A program made the position numbers and the translations under genes. 21,696 bases of DNA, from positions 1 to 21,696 of the forward strand of contig CAYVLA010000051.1 of assembly GCA_964452145.1 (NCBI GenBank), in the 5' to 3' direction. Below are positions 15,183-21,696 of the stretch, in pieces. A model generated the notes under the pieces. It was not told the DNA's origin, did no database searches, and saw nothing but the letters and a program-made list of their open reading frames with translations. Every line of letters begins with the position of its first letter. The first letter of the stretch is position 1. This DNA comes from Candidatus Hadarchaeota archaeon. GTDB taxonomy: Archaea; CAYQAE01; CAYVLA01.

Positions 15183-15971
15183 ATGGCAGATCCAGACTGC
15201 AAGATCTACATCTCTGTCGACTTTGAGGGAGGAGCGTGCATAGTGGGCGAGCCCCTCAAGACGCTGACGGAAGGCAAGCAGTACGAGTTCGCCAGGAAAG
15301 TCCTGACGGGGGAGGCCAATGCAGCCGCCCAGGGGGCGTTCGAGGGGGGCGCAACCGGAGTCGTCGTGGACGACGCACACGGATCCGGCCTGAACCTGAT
15401 ATACGACCAGCTAGACCCGAGAGTGAGGGTCCTCCTCGGAGTTCCAAGGCCAAGGCGCTTCGAGACCCTTGACTCCACCTTCGCCGGGATCTTCTTCATT
15501 GGTTATCACCCGATGGCAGGAAAAGAGAAAGGGGTCTTGTCCCACTCGTATTCCTCAACTGCGATTCAGAATATGTGGCTCAACGGCAGGCTCATCGGGG
15601 AGATAGGCATGGACGGAGCTCTCGCCGGCTCCGTGGGGGTGCCGGTCCTCCTGGTGACCAGCTGCGAAGAAGGGACGAGGGAAGCCAGGGAGTTCCTGGG
15701 CAACATCGAGACTGTGGCGGTGAAGCAGGGACTGTCAAGGAACTGTGCCCTAAGCCTAACTCCCTCGGCGGCGTGCGAGATGATCAGGGACGCAGCCAAG
15801 AAGGCGGTTCAATCCCGATCCAGAGCCAGGCCGTTCGTCGTACCTGGGCCCTACGAAGTCATGTGCGAATACAAGTTCGAGTCCCTGGCTGACAGGATCC
15901 GCCCGGGCGAGGAGAAGGTTGGACCCAGAACGGTTTCGAGGAAGGGGGATGATCTCTTCCTTCTCATCTAG
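15183..15971 (+). CDS. M55 family D-aminopeptidase (DppA-like)
   Basis: KIYISVDFEG, EANAAAQGAF.GGA, DAHG, FIGYHPMAG, LSHSYS, IGEIG, VAVKQG. Confidence 0.93.
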   Translation: MADPDCKIYISVDFEGGACIVGEPLKTLTEGKQYEFARKVLTGEANAAAQGAFEGGATGVVVDDAHGSGLNLIYDQLDPRVRVLLGVPRPRRFETLDSTFAGIFFIGYHPMAGKEKGVLSHSYSSTAIQNMWLNGRLIGEIGMDGALAGSVGVPVLLVTSCEEGTREAREFLGNIETVAVKQGLSRNCALSLTPSAACEMIRDAAKKAVQSRSRARPFVVPGPYEVMCEYKFESLADRIRPGEEKVGPRTVSRKGDDLFLLI

Positions 15972-17340
15972 CTCCTCGCCATCGGCACAGGAGAAGTAGA
16001 CAGAGGGCCGCAAAGGGCCACTCGGATATCATTTTCATGGCGGTTTCGTAGTTGCCGGTGTTTCTCCAGTCATGGAGGTACTGGGGCCAATCCAGCCGCG
16101 AGGTCCCCTTCGCAGTGGCGGCCAGTGCGTAGAAGGGAGCGGGTGACTTGCCCGTGACACCGCAGTAGATCTCCACGGTTCCGTCCCCGTCGCCGTCGGA
16201 GAGGGCAGGCGGTGCATTGCCGTCAAAGATCCCTCCCAGGAACGATGAAAAGGAGAACTTCAGCATCCCCGTCTCCGAGCTGAAACCGTGAATGATCTGG
16301 GTCCGGTCGGGCGACGACAGGGCTTCCTGCACTCCGTCCCCGTCAACGTCCCCCAACACGATCGAGCCCATCCAGCTCTTGCTCTCCGTCAGGGTCCGGT
16401 ACTTCAGGGATCCATCTGCCGTGATACAGACGATGACGCCTTCCCCGGGCACCAGTACCTCCAGCAACCCGTCGCCATCAACGTCGCCCAGTGCGCCGGG
16501 GAACCGGCTTGGCTGGTCGAAGGTCCATTTTGTCGTCAGGTCGATCGGATCGATGCAGATGACCCTCTCCGGCGTCTGGATCACAAGGTCCAGTCTCCCG
16601 TCGGCATCCAGATCTGCGATCATTGGCCACCCGACGTAGGATTGGCCATTGGTTTTCTGGAGAGTCCTCAGGATCTTGCCGGTAGGTCCATCGATGAACT
16701 GGACGGACTGGGTCTTGTTCTGGAACCAGATGACATCCATCTTCCCGCTTCTCTCCAAGTCAGCGACTGTGACGAAACTCTTGGTCGCCATCCTCTTCTC
16801 GACAATCCAGGATATCTCACCCGTCATCCCTTTGATGCATATCAGACCTCTGCCCTCATCGACTATGAGTATCTCGTCATATCCATCCCAGTTCAGGTCG
16901 ACAACCACGGGCGGTGACGTGCACAGGCCTTCCAAGGGTAGCTGCCACATCATCTGGCCGTCGTACTTCAGAGCGCACACGAGCGACCCAGTCATGTGAG
17001 ATGTGGCAGCGACTATCTCGTACTTGTAGTCCCTGTTTAGGTCTCCGAAGGCGATGCCCACGGGGATCGAACCCTCCACAGCGTCCCGCAATGCGACCTG
17101 CCACTCGATGCTCCCCCAATGGTCAAGGCGCAGTATCGTGGGGACGGCGCCGGACGCCAAAGCTACGATCTCTTCGGTTCCGTCCATGTCAAGATCGTGC
17201 ACCCTGGGCGCAACTATCCAGCCGTCCCCGAAGGAGATGTTCCACTCCGGGTAGATCCCCTGACCCCAGATCTGGGACGAGGTGATGACAAATCCGAGGA
17301 CGATCAAGCACGCTAAAATCCGGCTTTGGACCTTCAACAA
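15964..17340 (-). CDS. Secreted FG-GAP-repeat beta-propeller protein with a C-terminal membrane anchor
   Basis: Signal-peptide-like KVQSRILACLIVLGFVITSSQIWG, so the start is moved from 17430 to TTG 17340/17337. Eight DxDxDG-type repeats run from DLDMDG to DGDGDG, closing with WPQYLHDWRNTG and a hydrophobic/basic tail. Confidence 0.82.
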   Translation of the reverse strand: MLKVQSRILACLIVLGFVITSSQIWGQGIYPEWNISFGDGWIVAPRVHDLDMDGTEEIVALASGAVPTILRLDHWGSIEWQVALRDAVEGSIPVGIAFGDLNRDYKYEIVAATSHMTGSLVCALKYDGQMMWQLPLEGLCTSPPVVVDLNWDGYDEILIVDEGRGLICIKGMTGEISWIVEKRMATKSFVTVADLERSGKMDVIWFQNKTQSVQFIDGPTGKILRTLQKTNGQSYVGWPMIADLDADGRLDLVIQTPERVICIDPIDLTTKWTFDQPSRFPGALGDVDGDGLLEVLVPGEGVIVCITADGSLKYRTLTESKSWMGSIVLGDVDGDGVQEALSSPDRTQIIHGFSSETGMLKFSFSSFLGGIFDGNAPPALSDGDGDGTVEIYCGVTGKSPAPFYALAATAKGTSRLDWPQYLHDWRNTGNYETAMKMISEWPFAALCLLLLCRWRGAR

Positions 17341-17509
17341 CAGTGCCTCCTGGATTCCCAGAGTTTGGCTGGGCCCTAATTTGTGGCTATCCAGCAGAGG
17401 CGGGCGGGCATTGCGAAAATCCCATACCATTCGAGGCCGGCAGGTAGTTCATGCTACATGGAAACAGGTTTATCCTCCACATGCGTTCCTCCGCGGAAGG
17501 TGAGATCAG

Positions 17510-19315
17510 GTGCGAAAACGCGTCAGCCTGGACGGCGTCTGGAAGTTCTGTCCGGCCTTCCCCGAGTTGGAGTCCAACCAGCGCTTCATGGATCCTTCCT
17601 TCGATCCCTCACAGCCGCTCAAGGACCATCCAACCTGCAGAAACCTCGGATGGACCGGTAGGGATTTCGATGATTCGGGATGGCTAGACTACGAGGTTCC
17701 CAACAGCTGGAACAAAGCCGTGCCCGATCTGTGGAGCTACGAAGGAATCGGTTGGTACAGAAAGACGGTGGACATCCCGGCGGAATGGCGGAACCGCAGA
17801 GTGGAGTTCACCTGCGATTCGGCGAACTACCTCACCGTGGTCTACGTCAACGGCCGCACCGCCGGATCCCACGAAGGCGGCTACGCACCCTTCAGGATCC
17901 CCATTCACGATCTCCTGTCATGGGGTGAACCCAACACCCTCGCCATCACGGTTGACAACATCCCAAAGCCCGAGAGATGTCCAGGCGGCCAGTACGGATG
18001 GTGGAACTACGGCGGGATCTACCGGTCCACGGGCCTACTGGTGACGGACATGCTCTACATCGATGATCTGGCGGTAGTGACCGATCCAGGGGATGGAATA
18101 GGCTCCGTGGAGATCAGGCTTAAGGTTGTCCAGGAGAAGGGGCAGGAAGGGCCTTGCGAGGCCGTTGCCACGCTCTTCGATGGCGGTGAAGAGATCGCCG
18201 CTGGCTCCTGCCCCCTCACTTTCGAGGGCGGCTTGGCTGAAGCCCTCTTGAAGCTTTCTGTGCCCAACCCCAAGCTGTGGTCACCCGATGAGCCAAACCT
18301 CTACGCTCTCTCCGCGGAGGTAGTGGATGTCTCCAGCAGGAAGCCCAGGGATCGGGTCCAGATCCGCATCGGAATCAGATCGATTACGATCGATGGTCCG
18401 CATCTTCTTCTGAACGGCACTCCCCTTCTGGTGAAAGGCGTCAACCGACACCCCGAGTATCCCGTCACCGGACACATGGAGAGGGAGGAGGACCTGGTGA
18501 AGGATCTCCGCTTGGTCAAGGCGCTGGGTGCAAATGCCCTTCGTTGCCACTATCCGAATTCCCCCAGAACCTACGAGCTGTGCGACGAGATGGGCATCCT
18601 CTTCCTCAGCGAGATACCCTTATATCAGTGGGGCAGGCCCGAAGTCCAGGCTGATTCCCCCGAGGCCCTCAATCCAGCTAAGGCCCAGTTGGCCGAGATG
18701 ATCGGTTACCTCCGTAACCATGCTTGTGTCTTCATGTGGAGCGTCAGCAACGAGACGATGACCCATCCTCGACGGGACACCGAGCAGTACAGGCAACTGA
18801 CCGAGATGACGATTGCCGGCAACCTGGAGCTGATTGACCTTGCACACAAGTTGGACCCGACTCGTCCCGTGGTTGAGGTCAGCAACTGCTGGCCGGAGGA
18901 CCCGGTCCTCGGGAGAACGGATGTCTGCGCAGTCAATCTCTACATTGGAGCCAGCTCACCGCATGTGAGCACGCTCTACAGCCTCACAGATCGGATGCAT
19001 GAGCGCTTGGACGCCCTTCGATCCAAGCACCCGGCAAAGCCCATCCTGATCGGGGAGTTCGGGTCCTGGGCGATTAGGGGACTCAAGACAGACCACTTTC
19101 CCGGGGAGACCTACCAGGCGGAGCTGATCCGCAACTACTGGGAGGGGTTGATGAAGGAGGCTAACGTGGTTGGTGGGTTCATCTGGGTGTTCCAGGATTC
19201 GGATGTCCATCGGAGGTTCGTTTGGGACTACGAGTTCCGGATAGCTTACGGTCTCTACGATTTGAATCGCCGCCCCAAGGAGGCGGTTGAGACTGTGCGA
19301 AAGATGTGGAGATGA
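17510..19315 (+). CDS. Glycoside hydrolase family 2 (beta-galactosidase/beta-glucuronidase fold)
   Basis: SLDGVWKF, VPNSWN, YEGIGWY, HEGGYAPF, WWNYGGIYR, LWSPDEPNLY, KGVNRH, RCHYP, acid/base WSVSNE and nucleophile IGEFG. A GGAAGGTGA Shine-Dalgarno lies upstream. Confidence 0.95.
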   Translation: MRKRVSLDGVWKFCPAFPELESNQRFMDPSFDPSQPLKDHPTCRNLGWTGRDFDDSGWLDYEVPNSWNKAVPDLWSYEGIGWYRKTVDIPAEWRNRRVEFTCDSANYLTVVYVNGRTAGSHEGGYAPFRIPIHDLLSWGEPNTLAITVDNIPKPERCPGGQYGWWNYGGIYRSTGLLVTDMLYIDDLAVVTDPGDGIGSVEIRLKVVQEKGQEGPCEAVATLFDGGEEIAAGSCPLTFEGGLAEALLKLSVPNPKLWSPDEPNLYALSAEVVDVSSRKPRDRVQIRIGIRSITIDGPHLLLNGTPLLVKGVNRHPEYPVTGHMEREEDLVKDLRLVKALGANALRCHYPNSPRTYELCDEMGILFLSEIPLYQWGRPEVQADSPEALNPAKAQLAEMIGYLRNHACVFMWSVSNETMTHPRRDTEQYRQLTEMTIAGNLELIDLAHKLDPTRPVVEVSNCWPEDPVLGRTDVCAVNLYIGASSPHVSTLYSLTDRMHERLDALRSKHPAKPILIGEFGSWAIRGLKTDHFPGETYQAELIRNYWEGLMKEANVVGGFIWVFQDSDVHRRFVWDYEFRIAYGLYDLNRRPKEAVETVRKMWR

Positions 19316-19318
19316 CCT

Positions 19319-20332
19319 TCAGCTCATCCATGGATCGATTAACATCTTGAGAGAGAGCCTGTTTGGCGTCGGCCTCTCTTGAATCGCTTGGGGTAGCCGC
19401 ATCAACGATATCACATCCGTCACCACGTCGCCGAGCCCGGGATTGGCAACCAGGGCTTCCAGGGCCTGGTTGAAATGGACGGGCGTTGAGCCGGACGTGC
19501 CATGGATGGTCAGCTGCCCGTAGTGGATCCGGTTTGAATCGAGCATGACGCCTTTGTCCAGTCCCCCGAAAAAGTTGATCGTGGCACCGGGCGGGGCTAC
19601 TCTAAGGGCAAGCCGGTAGGCATCGCGGTTCGAGCAGGCAACAACGATCAGATCGGCCGGTGGAACGTCTCTGGACGCGGGATCGAGGGCTTCCGCAGCC
19701 CCATGGGAAAGGGCAAACCGCCTTCTGTTCGGATCGGGTTCCAGCGCTGTGACGCTGCATCCCTTAGCTTGTGCCATCATGATGAACATCTGCCCCATAG
19801 GTCCTGCCCCGATCACCATGACGGACTGTGTTCGATCAATCCGGGAGAGCCCCAAGCCGTTGATGACGCAGGAAAGAGGCTCAGCCAGGGCGGCCACCCT
19901 GGGGGAAAGCCCTCCTGGCAGCTCCATCAGGTTCGACGCGGCGGATTTGGGAAGGGCTAGGTACTGGCTGAAGCCGCCTGGCAACTGGTAGCCGACCACC
20001 CTGAGATTGGCGCAGAGATTGGTGTGACCCCTTCTGCATGGCCAGCAACCTCCACAACCCATCCTAGGAGCTATGCCCACCACCTTGCCCGTCCAGCCCT
20101 CCATTTCCTCGGGAGCTTGGATGATCCTGCCCACGACCTCGTGGCCGATTATCTTCCTCTCCCCCGGCCTGGCCGAGGCGATCTGCCGCCTGTCGCTGCC
20201 GCACACACCGCAGCAGAGATTCCTCAACAGGAATCCATCCTTAACGTCGGGAATTGCCACCTCCTCGGTGACAAGGATCCCCGGCCCGGCCAGGACCGAC
20301 GCCATCATCCTCCCGCCAGCCTTCATGTTCAT
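19319..20332 (-). CDS. Zn-dependent medium-chain alcohol/polyol dehydrogenase (sorbitol/iditol DH-like)
   Basis: CGVCGSD, GHE, structural Zn site CGGCWPCRRGHTNLC, EPLSC and GAGPMG. Confidence 0.92.
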   Translation of the reverse strand: MNMKAGGRMMASVLAGPGILVTEEVAIPDVKDGFLLRNLCCGVCGSDRRQIASARPGERKIIGHEVVGRIIQAPEEMEGWTGKVVGIAPRMGCGGCWPCRRGHTNLCANLRVVGYQLPGGFSQYLALPKSAASNLMELPGGLSPRVAALAEPLSCVINGLGLSRIDRTQSVMVIGAGPMGQMFIMMAQAKGCSVTALEPDPNRRRFALSHGAAEALDPASRDVPPADLIVVACSNRDAYRLALRVAPPGATINFFGGLDKGVMLDSNRIHYGQLTIHGTSGSTPVHFNQALEALVANPGLGDVVTDVISLMRLPQAIQERPTPNRLSLKMLIDPWMS

Positions 20333-20333
20333 C

Positions 20334-21696
20334 CTACCCGGGCTCGGTCAAAACCACCCGCTGATTTGCCTCTACCTTCTCCAGAACCGATCGTTGACCG
20401 CTAGGCCACCTCACCGTGATCGATTCCACATGAGTCGCGGTTCCAAGTCCCACGAACTGCTCAAAGGGATCCTGTATATGCCCCCTTCCTCCGCAGATCT
20501 CCATCGTTTGTACCCAGTCCTCGCACCGAACCTCGATGCGCGCACCCACAGCGTCGCGACTACTCTTAGAGCCCACCAGCCTCAGTTTCAGCCAGTTTCC
20601 CCGCGTGCCCTCGTTCCGGAACAACCTGTTCGGCGCGTCGCTGAACACGAAGTAGATATCCAGATCGCCATCGTTGTCGTAGTCGAGGAAGCCTACCGCC
20701 TTGGGGTCGCCCAGCGATTCGCCGAGTCCCACCGCCTGGGCGACTTCGACGAAGGTAGCCGACCCGGAGTTCGCGAATAGCAGGTGACCGCCCGCAGAGG
20801 TCAGAAGCGCGTCCAGATCGCCGTCGTTGTCGAAGTCCCCGCAGACCATGGCGTGTGTTCTCTGGGGCGTGTGCCATGTCCCTGATCGTGCGGTGGCATC
20901 CTTGAACTTTTTGCCTCGAACGTTCAGGAGAAGATTAAGTCTAGAGCCACGCGCGCAATCGGGCGCGAATAGATCCAGGTACCCATCACGGTTGAAGTCC
21001 GCGAAGCAAGCCCCGTGGAGATCGCCTCGGGACAGCCCCACTGAAGAGGCCACCTCGGAGAATGTCCCGAGCCCGGAGTTCCTGTACAGCTGGTTCGGCG
21101 CATCCGCGTCGCCGTCATCGGGATCGGAGTTTGACACCATGATGTCCAAGTCACCGTCGTTGTCATAATCCAACGTCGATTGAAAATGCGGTCGGGGGCC
21201 GACCCGCATCCCGGATCTTTCCGAGTAGTCCTCAAAGGTGCCGTCCCCCCTGTTTCGCAGCAGAATGCAGATTTCCTCGGCGCTGCTGGCGAAGATATCG
21301 ATGAATCCATCGCCATCGAAGTCGCCCACAGTGCAACCGTGGCTGGCCCCCCGCCTGTAGCTCGCGATGCCCGAGATGTCATTGACCTTGGCGAAGGTAT
21401 CGTTGCCGTCGTTGCGATAAAGGTTGTTCGGGGCCCATTGGCCCTCCCAATTCGCAACGTAGATGTCCAGGTCACCGTCGTTGTCATAGTCTAGGAAGGC
21501 CGCTCCGTGACCGGAACCGATGTCACGGAAGCCTGCCTGTTGGGTGATGTCGGTGAAAGTGCCATCCCCGTTGTTGCGGTACAGGATGTTTGTTCCGGCC
21601 TTGTTCACAACGAAGATGTCGATGTCCCCGTCGGCATCGTAGTCGCCTAGAGCGAGGCCGTGGCCACTGCCCTCGTAGCCCACCCCGGCCTATTCC
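20334..21696 (-). CDS. CRTAC1-like protein: 7 FG-GAP repeats plus an ASPIC/UnbV domain. Open from GTG 21683, with an in-frame TAG at 21690-21692
   Basis: Seven D[YF][DN]xDGxxD repeats with LxxNxG..F linkers. C-terminal NWLKLRLVG...DAVGARIEV...GLG......ITVRWPSG. Repeat homology continues upstream through the TAG. Confidence 0.88.

Noticed and set aside
17341..17430. Track start (ATG 17430) of the FG-GAP protein
   Set aside because: It adds 30 polar residues ahead of an otherwise normal signal peptide. TTG 17340/17337 is preferred, though not proven.
13001..20336. Genome-wide TAG reassignment
   Set aside because: TAG terminates the genes ending at 13003, 13007, 14771, 15971 and 20334 at family-typical C-termini, and readthrough would run into neighbouring genes.

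Overview
GC-rich, gene-dense archaeal chromosomal segment. The gatD-gatE pair is archaea-specific, and the Sec11-type signal peptidase, DUF123, BRE/TATA-like promoters and many TTG/GTG starts agree. Left to right it encodes: an M42 aminopeptidase (runs off the left edge); an ATP-grasp ligase plus PIG-L deacetylase pair; a hypothetical protein with a UBA-like C-terminus; gatDE; three small membrane proteins; a ~440-nt non-coding interval with G-rich heptamer repeats and a nested RNA-like fold; DUF1846; an atypical Fpg/Nei glycosylase; two Gfo/Idh/MocA oxidoreductases; DUF123; signal peptidase I; an SGNH hydrolase; a small membrane protein; an M55 D-aminopeptidase; an FG-GAP propeller protein; a GH2 glycosidase; a Zn-dependent dehydrogenase; and a CRTAC1/ASPIC-UnbV propeller with an in-frame TAG at the right edge. 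I saw no tRNA, rRNA, CRISPR array, transposase, integrase or reverse transcriptase. The best leads are the 8.1-8.5 kb structured non-coding locus, the His-ringed propeller coupled to a dehydrogenase, the UBA-like domain and the ATP-grasp/deacetylase pair. All calls come from motif recognition and manual pairing, not from searches.
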